A stretch of DNA of 64,000 bases from an uncultured Desulfarculus sp. (GTDB lineage Bacteria; Desulfobacterota; Desulfarculia; Desulfarculales; Desulfarculaceae). Made by a program: the position numbers and the translations under genes. The notes under the pieces were generated by a model. It was not told where the DNA came from. It saw nothing but the letters and a program-made list of their open reading frames with translations, and searched no databases. The stretch's first letter is position 1. Each line of letters opens with the position of its first letter. Location of the stretch: the NCBI GenBank assembly GCA_963665125.2, contig CAXXUK010000002.1:768001-832000 (forward strand), in the 5' to 3' direction. Positions 40,056-50,033 of the stretch are shown one piece after another.

Positions 40056-42005
40056 ATGCCTGAGCCGCTGTGGAAACCCGCGCCCCAAAGGGTGGAGCGG
40101 GCCAATATGACCCGTTTCATCCGCTTCGTCAACGACCGCCAGGGCACCGATTTCCATGATTACGCCGCCCTTTATCAATGGTCCATCGACAGCCGGGCCG
40201 AGTTTTGGTCGGCCGTGTGGGATTTTGGCGGAATCAAGGCCTCCAAACCGGCCGAACAGGTGCTCACGGGCGGCGACAAGATGCCCGGAGCCAAGTGGTT
40301 CGTCGGTTCGGAACTGAACTTCGCCGAAAACCTGCTGCGCTACAACGACGACAAGACGGCCCTGGTCTTTTGCAACGAGGTGGGCCACAACCGCAGCCTG
40401 ACCTATGCCCAGCTCAATACTGCCGTGCGGCGTCTGGCCGCCTCTCTGCGGGCCCTTGGCGTGCAAAAGGGCGACCGGGTGGTTGGTTTCATCCCCAACA
40501 TGCCCGAGACCATAGCGGCCATGTTGGCGGCCACCAGCATCGGGGCCATCTGGTCCAGTTGCAGCCCGGACTTCGGCTTCCAGGGCGTGATGGACCGCTT
40601 CGGCCAGATCCAGCCAAAGGTGATGTTCTGCGCCGACGGCTATTTCTACGGCGGCAAGGTCTTCGACTGCCTGGAGCGGGCCGCCCACGTGGGCCGGGAG
40701 ATCGGTTCCCTGGAACGCATCGTGGTCATTCCCTACACCACCGAAGCGCCCGACGTGTCGAACGTGCCAGGCGGCGTCTTGTGGGATGATTTTCTGGCCG
40801 ATGACGCCCCGGCCCTGGAATTTGAACAGACGGCCTTTGATCACCCGGTGTACATCATGTATTCCTCGGGCACCACGGGCGTGCCCAAGTGCATTGTCCA
40901 CGGCGCGGGCGGCACCCTGATCCAGCACCTCAAGGAACTGATCCTTCATTGCGACCTGGGCCGGGAAGACAAGATTTTCTATTTCACCACCTGCGGCTGG
41001 ATGATGTGGAATTGGCTGGTCAGTTCCCTGGCCGTGGGGGCCACCTTGGTCCTCTACGACGGCAATCCGTTCCATCCGGGCCCCGAGGTCTTGTGGAAGA
41101 TGGCTCAGGACCAGGGCGTGACGATCTTTGGCACCTCGGCCCGTTATCTGGCGGCCCTGGAAAAAAGCGGCCTGCGTCCGGGCGAGCAGTTTGACCTCGG
41201 CGACCTCAAGGCGATCCTCTCCACGGGTTCGCCCCTGGCTCCGGAGCAGTTCGAGTGGGTCTACGAGGCCATAAAGGGCGAACTGTGCCTCAGCTCCATC
41301 AGCGGCGGCACCGACATCATCAGCTGCTTTGCCGGCGGCAACCCCATCGCCCCTGTGTACGCGGGCCAGTTGCAGGCCCCGGGACTGGGCATGGCCGTGC
41401 AGGCCTGGAGCTTTGACGGCAAGGCCATGTGGGGCCAAAAGGGAGAGCTGGTCTGCGTCAAGGCCTTCCCCTCCATGCCGGTGTATTTCTGGAACGACGA
41501 GGACGGCGCCAAATACCGGGCGGCCTATTTCGAGCGGTTCGACAATATCTGGCACCACGGCGATTTCTGCGAGATGACGCCCCAGGGCGGCGTGATCATC
41601 TACGGCCGTTCCGACGCCACCCTCAACCCCGGCGGCGTGCGTATCGGCACGGCCGAGATCTACCGCCAAGTGGAGGCCATGAGCGAGATCGCCGACAGCC
41701 TGGTGGTGGGCCAGCAGTGGCAGGGCGACGAGCGGGTCGTCTTGTTCGTGAAAATGGCCGAGGGCAAGGTCCTGGATGACGAGATGACCGCCAGGATCAA
41801 GTCCACCATCCGGGCCAACACCACGCCGCGCCACGTGCCGGCCCGCATCGTGGCCGTGGACGACATCCCCTACACCATCAGCGGCAAGAAGGTGGAAATG
41901 GCCGTGCGCAACGTGATCCACGGCCAGCCGGTCTTGAACAAGGACGCCCTGGCCAATCCCCAGGCCTTGGATCTCTATGCCGACCGGGAGGAGTTGCAGC
42001 GTTAG
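40056..42005 (+). CDS. acetoacetate--CoA ligase (acetoacetyl-CoA synthetase)
   Basis: LNFAENLL, YSSGTTGVPKCIVH, TTCGWMMWNW, SGGTDI, WHHGD, GRSDATLNPGGVRIG, SGKKVE. Confidence 0.95.
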   Translation: MPEPLWKPAPQRVERANMTRFIRFVNDRQGTDFHDYAALYQWSIDSRAEFWSAVWDFGGIKASKPAEQVLTGGDKMPGAKWFVGSELNFAENLLRYNDDKTALVFCNEVGHNRSLTYAQLNTAVRRLAASLRALGVQKGDRVVGFIPNMPETIAAMLAATSIGAIWSSCSPDFGFQGVMDRFGQIQPKVMFCADGYFYGGKVFDCLERAAHVGREIGSLERIVVIPYTTEAPDVSNVPGGVLWDDFLADDAPALEFEQTAFDHPVYIMYSSGTTGVPKCIVHGAGGTLIQHLKELILHCDLGREDKIFYFTTCGWMMWNWLVSSLAVGATLVLYDGNPFHPGPEVLWKMAQDQGVTIFGTSARYLAALEKSGLRPGEQFDLGDLKAILSTGSPLAPEQFEWVYEAIKGELCLSSISGGTDIISCFAGGNPIAPVYAGQLQAPGLGMAVQAWSFDGKAMWGQKGELVCVKAFPSMPVYFWNDEDGAKYRAAYFERFDNIWHHGDFCEMTPQGGVIIYGRSDATLNPGGVRIGTAEIYRQVEAMSEIADSLVVGQQWQGDERVVLFVKMAEGKVLDDEMTARIKSTIRANTTPRHVPARIVAVDDIPYTISGKKVEMAVRNVIHGQPVLNKDALANPQALDLYADREELQR

Positions 42006-42107
42006 AAGGACAAGTAACATTGCCAGTAGCAGGACGGAGGCCTTTGAATTGTCATGGGCCTTGCGTCCGGTTTTCTATGTGGCCGCATAGCACCAGGGGT
42101 ATATCGA

Positions 42108-43307
42108 ATGCCTTATGATTTCATCTTTGCCGGAGCCGGTCCGGCCGGCCTCACCGGGGCCATTTGCGCGGCAAGACAAGGCCGCCGCTGTCTGCTTATC
42201 GACAAAAAGCAGTCACTGGAGCTTCATCCCCGCGGCGAGACTCTGCGCCACAGGCCGATCCTGGATGAAATTCTGGGCGCCGGGGTTATGGACGGCATCA
42301 CCATAGCGGCAACGCCGCATGTGGAATATTTCGCACCTCAACCGGAAAAGGTCGAGAAGATCGCCCTGCAAACCAAAACGCCCAACCTCACCTTTGAATG
42401 GCGCGATTTCATGGGGGCCTTTGAGCGGCAACTGGAACCACTGGACGTTGATGTGGTTATGGAAGCCGAAGTCGTTGACTTGACCAAAGATGACAACGGC
42501 GTTGTCGCCGGGGTTGTGTTCCGGGATGCCAAGGGCGACAGGCATTCGGCCAGGGCCGGTGCGGTTTTTGCCTGTGACGGGCACGACAGCTTCATTGGCC
42601 GGAAGCTGGGCGTGGATTATAAATATCAAAACTATCCCATCGTCAAATCGCTATTCAAGAGGGCATCCTTTGACAGCCCGGCGTTTAAGTTCTTCTTCCT
42701 TCCCGCCGGTTGCCTGGACTTTGCTCCGGATTTTCCGCCGGCCGTAGCCTTTCTTTTCCCCAGGGACAAGACCAACTGCGAGGTGGGATTTTTGGTCGAG
42801 GCCAGAGCCGCGGACAAGCTGGGCTGCGCCATGCCCGGACCCGGCGAGTTGCTTGAAGTCCTGGGGCAAGTAATCAAGAAACACCCCGTTATCAGCAATA
42901 TGCTCAAAGGTGCCGTAAACGAGATCATGGAAGTCACCATGCTGCCCATGGGCGGCCCCCGGGAGAACGTCATTCCTGCAAAGGGAGTGGTGTTGCTAGG
43001 TGATGCGGCGGGCTTTGTGGAGACATTCGGCGGCAGCGGCCTGATTTCCTCCATGGAGTCCGCAAAATTCTGGGTCAACCAACTCATTGAGTTGCAGGCC
43101 GGTTCCGCATCGCCGGAACCGCTGTGGCAGGACCGGACAGTTCAACAATTGACCGCGGCATACAGCAGCTCAGGCATTTACAGACATATCAAGAAAATCG
43201 CCGATTACAACAACGCGGCCTGGAATAGCTTGTTCGTGGAACTGCGAACCAGCGAGAGGATCGTGGAGAACTGGCAAATAATACGGGCTGCGTTAGATAT
43301 TTATTGA
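42108..43307 (+). CDS. geranylgeranyl-reductase-like FAD-dependent oxidoreductase
   Basis: AGAGPAG, ACDG, LLGDAAGFV. Confidence 0.8.
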   Translation: MPYDFIFAGAGPAGLTGAICAARQGRRCLLIDKKQSLELHPRGETLRHRPILDEILGAGVMDGITIAATPHVEYFAPQPEKVEKIALQTKTPNLTFEWRDFMGAFERQLEPLDVDVVMEAEVVDLTKDDNGVVAGVVFRDAKGDRHSARAGAVFACDGHDSFIGRKLGVDYKYQNYPIVKSLFKRASFDSPAFKFFFLPAGCLDFAPDFPPAVAFLFPRDKTNCEVGFLVEARAADKLGCAMPGPGELLEVLGQVIKKHPVISNMLKGAVNEIMEVTMLPMGGPRENVIPAKGVVLLGDAAGFVETFGGSGLISSMESAKFWVNQLIELQAGSASPEPLWQDRTVQQLTAAYSSSGIYRHIKKIADYNNAAWNSLFVELRTSERIVENWQIIRAALDIY

Positions 43308-43346
43308 TTTGTCAAAAAACGTCCCCGGCCGTAGTGGAATAACGAC

Positions 43347-43444
43347 TGGCCCCAACCGAAGCGAAAAACCGTCTCGGTCGGGGCCACTGTGGTTTATCGG
43401 TACACTGAGTGTTGCCCCCGCTTTGGGAACCCAAGCATTGGGTT
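43347..43444 (-). repeat. dispersed intergenic repeat, copy B, ending in a hairpin
   Basis: starts at the prxU stop codon; related to 11576-11651; TGGCCCCGACCGA...TCGGTTGGGGCCA stem. Confidence 0.8.
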
Positions 43445-44171
43445 AGTCGAAGGCCTGGGTGACTTTCCATTCCTTCCAGACATTGCCCACCAGATCGGGA
43501 CCAGGTTTGAGGACGGCCTTGCCGGGCCTCCACCCGCTTGGCGTGGCCTGGGAGCCCTTGCTCTCGCGCACGATCTGGAAGGCCTGGATCTGCCGCAGGG
43601 TTTCGGCCACGTTGCGGCCCACCGGCGGGGTGAGCACCTCAAAGCCCTGGATCACACCGTCGGGGTCGATGAGGAAGCGGCCCCGGACGTCAACGCCGGC
43701 ATCGGCGTCATAGCAGCCATAGGCCTGACCCAGGTGGCCGCCCGCGTCGCTGATCATTGGGAAGGGCACCTGGCCGTCGACCATCTTGGAGATTTCGTGG
43801 TCCACCCACATTTTGTGGACAAATACGGAATCGACGCTTACGGAAAGGACCTGTGCGCCCAGCTTCTGGAACTCGGGGAATTTATCGGCGACCGCCGATA
43901 TCTCGGTAGCTCAAACAAAAGTGAAATCACCGGGGTAGAAACACAGCACAACCCATTTGCCCAGGTATTCGCTGAGCTTTACGGACTGGAATTTGCCTTC
44001 GTAATAACATGGGGCCTCGAAATCGGGGGCCTTTTTGCCGACCTGCACCATTTTCTTTACCTCCGGAGCGGCCTGGGCCTGCTGGGCCGGGGCCTGTTGT
44101 TCAGGAGCTTTTTCCGCACCGACCACACCTCCAGTGGGCCTCGCGCAACCGACCGGTTTTTCTTCCGGCAT
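43443..44171 (-). CDS. prxU: selenocysteine-containing peroxiredoxin (AhpC/PrxU type); UGA at 43911-43913 read as Sec
   Basis: [19 protein letters not shown] aligns with the peroxidatic FTFVCPTE motif; the frame continues into the 43443..43811 ORF ([19 protein letters not shown]). Confidence 0.93.
43883..43900 (-). promoter_or_regulatory. bacterial SECIS-like hairpin
   Basis: TATCGGC-GGTC-GCCGATA stem-loop beginning 10 nt after the UGA; loop starts with G. Confidence 0.7.
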
Positions 44172-44332
44172 GACAGTCTCCCTTTGTTGGGTTTGAGTTG
44201 ATATCTATAGGAATCATACGCAGGTAATTGGGCGGATGTAAAGAAAATGCCTATATATCTGTTATTGACATGAGATTGTCATGATTCTCCGGGGAAAAAG
44301 TTGTCTGGCGCCGAGATGGTTGTTCTGATAAA

Positions 44333-44362
44333 TTGTCAACCTAAAAAAATAACGGTTGACGA
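44333..44362. promoter_or_regulatory. BirA-type biotin operator
   Basis: TTGTCAAC-N14-GTTGACGA palindrome just upstream of bioB. Confidence 0.8.
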
Positions 44363-44374
44363 TAGGAGCCTGCC

Positions 44375-45367
44375 ATGGACCTCGCACTGCAACCCGACCC
44401 AAACGGCAGCGACAAGGCCGCGCCCAGCCTGGAGCAGGCCGCCGCCTGGCTGGAACCGGGCGATCTGGCCGAATTGGCCCAACTCATGGCAATCGCCTGC
44501 CGCCTGGGCCAAAAACACCAGGGCGATAGCGTCGAACTGTGCGCCATCACCAACGCCCGCTCGGGCCAATGCAGCGAAGATTGCGCCTTTTGCGCCCAGA
44601 GCGCTCATCACAAGACCAACGCCCGGTCGTATCCGCTGCTCAAAGCGGGCGATATCGCTGCCCGGGCCCGCCAGGCCGCGTCCGACGGGGCCCAACGCTT
44701 CGGCATCGTCACCAGCGGCAGGGGCTGCCCCACCGGCGCGGACCTTGACGAAATCTGCCGGGCCATAGAGGCCATCCGCGCCGACGGCATGATCGCGCCC
44801 TGCGCCTCGCTGGGCCTGCTAAAACCCGGCCAGGCCAGGCGCTTGGCCGACGCTGGCCTGAGGCGCTATCACCACAACCTGGAAGCCGGGCCCAGCTATT
44901 TTCCCCGCATCTGCACCAGCCACGGCTTTGAACAGCGGGTGGAGACGGTGCATTTGGCCCGTGCGGCCGGCCTGGAGGTCTGCTGCGGCGGCATCGTGGG
45001 CATGGGCGAGACGCCCTTGCAGCGGGCCGAGCTGGCGGCCGCCTTGGCCGGGCTGGAGCCCGAGAGCATTCCATTGAATTTTCTGAGCCCCATCGCCGGA
45101 ACCCGCCTGGGGCATTTGCGGCCCATGACGGCCCTGGAGGCCCTGGCGGCCGTCAGCGTATTCAAGGTTTTCGCCCCAAAATCCCGGATTCGCACCTGCG
45201 GCGGCCGGGCCCAGATTCTGGGCGAGCTTTCGCCCCTGCAATACCTGGCCGGGGCCGGCGCCACCATGACCGGCGACTACCTGACCACCTCCGGGCCGCT
45301 TACGGCCAAAGATCTGGTTGTCATCGAGGCCCTGAACCTGAAGCAAAGCAATCTGAACCAGGACTGA
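44375..45367 (+). CDS. bioB: biotin synthase
   Basis: CSEDCAFCAQS radical SAM motif, CASLG, YHHNLE, CCGGIVGMGE, TGDYLTT. Confidence 0.96.
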   Translation: MDLALQPDPNGSDKAAPSLEQAAAWLEPGDLAELAQLMAIACRLGQKHQGDSVELCAITNARSGQCSEDCAFCAQSAHHKTNARSYPLLKAGDIAARARQAASDGAQRFGIVTSGRGCPTGADLDEICRAIEAIRADGMIAPCASLGLLKPGQARRLADAGLRRYHHNLEAGPSYFPRICTSHGFEQRVETVHLARAAGLEVCCGGIVGMGETPLQRAELAAALAGLEPESIPLNFLSPIAGTRLGHLRPMTALEALAAVSVFKVFAPKSRIRTCGGRAQILGELSPLQYLAGAGATMTGDYLTTSGPLTAKDLVVIEALNLKQSNLNQD

Positions 45368-45373
45368 AATATA

Positions 45374-46705
45374 ATGAGCAATACCGCGGAAATCCTGCAC
45401 AAGGACCTGGCCAATGTTTGGCATCCGTTCACCCAGCACAAGGCGTGGCCCGATGAGCCGCCCCTGGTCATCACCAGGGGCCAGGGCAATTGGCTCTTTG
45501 ACAGCGAGGGCCGCCGCTATTTCGACGGCGTAAGCTCGCTTTGGGTGACCGTGCACGGCCACGCCGTTCAGGCTGTCAACCAGGCCATCAAAGAGCAGAT
45601 GGATGAACTGGACCACTCCACCATGCTGGGCCTGACCCACCCCAAGGCCGCCGAACTGGCCCAGGTTCTGGCCCGGATCACCCCGGACGGTCTGACCAGG
45701 GCCTTTTATTCGGAGAGCGGCTCCACGGCCGTGGAGATCGCCCTGAAGATGGCCTATCAGTATTGGCAGCTCAAGGGCCACAAACAAAAACGCACCTTTG
45801 TCTCCCTGGCCGAGGCCTACCACGGCGACACCATCGGCGCGGTGAGCATCGGCGGCATCGACCTGTTCCACGAGGTCTACCGGCCCCTGTTGTTCGACAA
45901 ATACACGATCGCCCAGCCCACGATTCGCAGGCCCGGCAGCGCCCGGCAGTCCATAGCCGATTTGGAGGCCATCCTGGCCGAACACGCCGACGAGGTCTGC
46001 GCCCTGGTTATCGAACCCCGCATGCAGGGCGCGGCGGGCATGCACTTGCAGCCCCGGGGATACCTGGCCAAGGTCTGCAACATGACCAAGGAGGCCGGGG
46101 TGCTGGTTATAGCCGACGAGGTGGCCACGGGCTTCGGCCGCACCGGCCAGATGTTCGCCTGCGATCTGGAGGACGTCGAGCCGGACCTGATGTGCCTGGG
46201 CAAGGGCCTCACCGGCGGTGTGCTGCCCCTGGCCGCCACCATGACCACCGAGGCTGTCTTCGAGGCCTTTCTGGGCGACTTCGGCGAGTTCAAGCACTTT
46301 TTCCACGGCCACACCTACACCGGCAACCCCATCGCCTGCGCGGCGGCCCTGGCCAACATCGCGCTCATGGAGCGAACCGACATTTTGGCCAACGTGCGCC
46401 GGCGGGCGGCCCAGCTCCAGGCCGGGCTTGCCGAAATTGCCGAGTTGCCCCACGTGATCCAGGTGCGGCAACAGGGCCTGATGGCCGGGATCGAGATCGT
46501 TGCCGACAAGGCCGACGATACGCCGTATGACCCGGCGGAGCGCATGGGCCACCGGGTGATCATGGCCGCCCGGGAGCACGAGATCATCATCCGGCCCCTG
46601 GGCGATACGATCATCCTGATGCCGCCCCTGGCCAGCAGCGAGACCGAGATCGACCATTTGTTGGCCGGGGTCAAGGCCGCCATAATCCAGGTCACCGGGG
46701 AATAG
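45374..46705 (+). CDS. bioA: DAPA aminotransferase
   Basis: WHPFTQ, SSLW, YHGDT, DEVATGFGRTG, GKGLTGG, HGHTYTGNP, RPLG. Confidence 0.96.
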   Translation: MSNTAEILHKDLANVWHPFTQHKAWPDEPPLVITRGQGNWLFDSEGRRYFDGVSSLWVTVHGHAVQAVNQAIKEQMDELDHSTMLGLTHPKAAELAQVLARITPDGLTRAFYSESGSTAVEIALKMAYQYWQLKGHKQKRTFVSLAEAYHGDTIGAVSIGGIDLFHEVYRPLLFDKYTIAQPTIRRPGSARQSIADLEAILAEHADEVCALVIEPRMQGAAGMHLQPRGYLAKVCNMTKEAGVLVIADEVATGFGRTGQMFACDLEDVEPDLMCLGKGLTGGVLPLAATMTTEAVFEAFLGDFGEFKHFFHGHTYTGNPIACAAALANIALMERTDILANVRRRAAQLQAGLAEIAELPHVIQVRQQGLMAGIEIVADKADDTPYDPAERMGHRVIMAAREHEIIIRPLGDTIILMPPLASSETEIDHLLAGVKAAIIQVTGE

Positions 46706-46707
46706 CC

Positions 46708-47886
46708 ATGAACGCATCGCTGGATATCCTGGCCGGGCGCATGGACGCCCACAAGGCCGCCGGACTGCACCGCTGGCTGCGGGACGTGGGGCCTGCCAAC
46801 GGCCCCAGGGTGACGGTGGAGGGCCGGAACGTGCTATTGATGGCCGGCAACGACTACCTGGGCCTGAGCCGCCACCCCCGCCTGGCATTGGCCGCCGCCG
46901 ACGCCTCATTGGCTTACGGCTCTGGTAGCGGGGCCAGCCGCCTGGTCTCGGGTCACCAGACGGGCCACGCCGGGTTGGAGGGGCAGATCGCGGCCTTCAA
47001 GAAGACCGAGGCGGCCCTGTTCTTTTGCACCGGTTACATGGCCAACCTGGGCTGCATCGGCTCGTTGGCCACCAGGGGCGACTACATCGTCAGCGACGAA
47101 CTGAACCACGCCAGCCTGATAGACGCCTGCCGCCTGAGCCGGGCAGCGGTCAAGGTCTACGATCACGCCGACGCGGCCATGGCCGATGATCTGCTGGCCC
47201 AAGGGCCGGACGGGGTGGTCAAGCTCATTGTCACCGACGGCGTGTTCAGCATGGACGGCGACCTGGCTCCCTTGCCGGAGCTGTTGGCCGTTGCCCGAAA
47301 GTACGGCGCGCTGCTGGTCATCGACGACGCCCACGCCACGGGGGTCTGGGGCGCCACTGGCCGGGGAACGCTGGAGCACTTCGGCCTTGAGCCCGCCGGG
47401 GACATCATCCAGGTCGGCACCCTGAGCAAGGCCCTGGGCGGTCTGGGCGGTTTCGTGGCCGCATCGGAGCCGGTCATCGACCTATGCATCAACAAGGCCC
47501 GTTCGTTCATCTTCACCACCGCCGCGCCCCCGGCCCAAGTGGCCGCCGCCGCCGAGAGCTTTCGCCTGGTGGACGACGAGCCCGAACTGCGCGCTCATTT
47601 GCATGAGCTGTGCGGATTGCTGCGTGAGTTGCTGGCCGCCGAAGGCCTGCGGTGCGTTTCCGACGCCGGGCCGATTATCCCCATCATCATCGGCGGGGCC
47701 CAGGAGTCCCTGGCCGTGGCCCGGGGCATCCTGGAGCGCGGCGTCTTGGCCCCGGCCATCCGGCCGCCCACGGTGCCCCACGGGGCCAGCCGGATCAGGG
47801 TGGCGGTCAGCGCGGCCCACACCGGCGAGGACATGCATCACGCGGCCTGGGCCATCAGCCGGGCCGTCAAGGAGGCCAGGGCATGA
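46708..47886 (+). CDS. bioF: 8-amino-7-oxononanoate synthase
   Basis: NDYLGL, GSGASRL, NHASLID, VFSMDGD, DDAH, TLSKA, IRPPTVP. Confidence 0.96.
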   Translation: MNASLDILAGRMDAHKAAGLHRWLRDVGPANGPRVTVEGRNVLLMAGNDYLGLSRHPRLALAAADASLAYGSGSGASRLVSGHQTGHAGLEGQIAAFKKTEAALFFCTGYMANLGCIGSLATRGDYIVSDELNHASLIDACRLSRAAVKVYDHADAAMADDLLAQGPDGVVKLIVTDGVFSMDGDLAPLPELLAVARKYGALLVIDDAHATGVWGATGRGTLEHFGLEPAGDIIQVGTLSKALGGLGGFVAASEPVIDLCINKARSFIFTTAAPPAQVAAAAESFRLVDDEPELRAHLHELCGLLRELLAAEGLRCVSDAGPIIPIIIGGAQESLAVARGILERGVLAPAIRPPTVPHGASRIRVAVSAAHTGEDMHHAAWAISRAVKEARA

Positions 47887-48581
47887 GCGAACCACGGGGT
47901 CTGTTCATCGCGGGCACGGACACCGATGCGGGCAAGACCATCGCGGCGGCGGCAATCATCGTCGGTCTGCGGGCCAGGGGCGTGGCCTGCGGCTACCTGA
48001 AACCCGTGGGCACCGAGGCCGTGGATGTGGATGGCAGGCCGGTGAACCCCGACGCGCTGTTTGTCAAGGAAATGGCCGGGCTGGACGAACCGGCCTGGGA
48101 GCTGAACCCCTATTGCCTGCAAGCACCTCTGGCGCCTCTGGCCGCGGCCAGGGCCGAAGGCGTGGAGGTGCCGTATGAAGACGTGGTGTGCAACACCGTA
48201 ACCTTTTGCCGGGCGCGGGAATTCACCATTGTCGAGGGGGCGGGCGGCGTGCTGGCGCCCCTGGCCCAAGGCAGGCTGATGCTGGATCTGATGGCGGCGG
48301 TTGGCCTGCCGGTATTGGTGGTGGGCCGGGCCGGGCTGGGCACCATCAACCACACCCTGTTGACCATCCGGGCGGTGCGGAGCGCCGGGCTGAGAGTGAC
48401 CGGGTTCTGTTTCAGCGGCGGTGAAAATGACGACGCCTCCGCCCATTCCAACCCGGCCCTGGTGGCCGAGTTCAGCGGCGCGCCGTATCTGGGCACGCTG
48501 CCCCGGCTGCCCGAGCTTACGGCCCAGGCGCTACGGGATGCGGCGCTGGAGGCGTTGGATTTGAACGGTATGATCGGCTAA
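47883..48581 (+). CDS. bioD: dethiobiotin synthase
   Basis: GTDTDAGKT, KPV, VEGAGG, LGTINHTLLT. Confidence 0.96.
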   Translation: MSEPRGLFIAGTDTDAGKTIAAAAIIVGLRARGVACGYLKPVGTEAVDVDGRPVNPDALFVKEMAGLDEPAWELNPYCLQAPLAPLAAARAEGVEVPYEDVVCNTVTFCRAREFTIVEGAGGVLAPLAQGRLMLDLMAAVGLPVLVVGRAGLGTINHTLLTIRAVRSAGLRVTGFCFSGGENDDASAHSNPALVAEFSGAPYLGTLPRLPELTAQALRDAALEALDLNGMIG

Positions 48582-50032
48582 TCCCGCCACAGGCCGGGGA
48601 TGACCAAGACCAGCACGGTGTAGATCTCCAAACGGCCCACGATCATCACCACCGACAAGAGCCACTTGGCCGCCTCGGGCAGGCTGGAGTAGTTTCCCGT
48701 GGGCCCGACGATATCGCCAAGGCCGGGGCCGATATTGCCCAGGCAGGCGATGGAGGCGCTGAAGGAGGTGGTCACGTCAAGGCCCATGGCCGCCAGGGCC
48801 ACGCCGGTGGCGGCGAAGCAGAACAGATACAGGGCCACGAACGACCAGATGGCCGCCACGATCTGCTTGTCCACCATGCGGCCGCCGATCTTCACCGGGT
48901 TGACCATGCGCGGGTGGATCAGCCGGGAAAACTCGCGCAGGGATTGCCTGATGAGGATCATGATCCGCAGGACCTTGGGCCCGCCGCCGGTGCTGCCCGC
49001 CGAACCGCCCACGAACATCAGGACCATGAGCAGAGACAGGGCCAAAGGCGGCCACAGGCCATAGTCGGCCGTGGCGAAGCCGGTGGTGGTGATGATGGTG
49101 GCCACCTGGAAAAAGGCCAGGCGCAGGCTCTGCTCGATGTGCTCTTCTCCCCAGAACCACAGCGAAGCCGCGATGACCAGGGAAAAGGCGGCGAACGTGT
49201 AGGCGTAAAAGCGCCATTCGTCGTCTCGGAACATGGCCTTCCAGTCCCGCTGGGCGAACATCTGGAAATGCAGGGTGAAGTTTACACCCGCCAGGAACAT
49301 GAACAGGGTGATGACCCATTGGATAAACGGGCTGGTATAGAAGCCCACGCTGGCGTTTTTGGTGGAAAAGCCGCCCGTGGCCATGGTGGCGAAGGCGTGG
49401 CATACCGAGTCGAAGACATCCATGCCGCCCAAGAGCAGCAAGAGGGCCTCGGCAAAGGTCAACAGGGCATAGACCTTCCACAGCACCTTGGCCGTGTCGG
49501 CGATGCGCGGGGCCAGGCGGTCCGGAGTGGGCGAGGGGACCTCGGCCTTGTAGAGCTGCATGCCGCCCACGCCCAAAAACGGCAGGATGGCCACGCCAAG
49601 GACGATGAAGCCCATGCCGCCCAACCAGTGGGTCAGGGCCCGCCAGAACAATACGCACTTCTGGGCGCCTTCCACATTGGTCAGCACGCTGGCCCCGGTG
49701 GTGGTGAAGCCGCTGGCCGATTCGAACACCGCGTCGGCAAGGGTGAGAAAGTCGCCCGAGAGCAATAGCGGCACGCCGCCCATGAAGCCCGAAATCAGCC
49801 AGGCCAGGCCCACGATGGCCATGCCCTCGCGGTGGTTGAGTTCCTTGGGCCGCTTGTCGTTGAAAGACCAGTAGAGTACCAGGCCCAAGATGCCGGAGAT
49901 AAAGGCGCCGCCCAAAAAGGCCAACCAGCCCGGTTCGCCGTAGATCAGGGCCACGCCCATGGGCAGCAGCATGCACAGGCCCAGGCCAAGGCAGATCAGG
50001 CCGAGGATGCTTATGGTGAATGCTACTTTCAA
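48578..50032 (-). CDS. trkH: Trk potassium uptake membrane protein
   Basis: SGFTTTG, TGGFS, TTTGF, GSTGGG, GNIGPG, GRLE. Confidence 0.95.
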   Translation of the reverse strand: MKVAFTISILGLICLGLGLCMLLPMGVALIYGEPGWLAFLGGAFISGILGLVLYWSFNDKRPKELNHREGMAIVGLAWLISGFMGGVPLLLSGDFLTLADAVFESASGFTTTGASVLTNVEGAQKCVLFWRALTHWLGGMGFIVLGVAILPFLGVGGMQLYKAEVPSPTPDRLAPRIADTAKVLWKVYALLTFAEALLLLLGGMDVFDSVCHAFATMATGGFSTKNASVGFYTSPFIQWVITLFMFLAGVNFTLHFQMFAQRDWKAMFRDDEWRFYAYTFAAFSLVIAASLWFWGEEHIEQSLRLAFFQVATIITTTGFATADYGLWPPLALSLLMVLMFVGGSAGSTGGGPKVLRIMILIRQSLREFSRLIHPRMVNPVKIGGRMVDKQIVAAIWSFVALYLFCFAATGVALAAMGLDVTTSFSASIACLGNIGPGLGDIVGPTGNYSSLPEAAKWLLSVVMIVGRLEIYTVLVLVIPGLWRD

Positions 50033-50033
50033 T

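Noticed and set aside
40014..42020. 668-aa ORF antisense to acetoacetate-CoA ligase
   Set aside because: Mirror-frame artefact of high GC3
44819..46909. 696-aa ORF antisense to bioB/bioA
   Set aside because: Shadow ORF with no independent evidence
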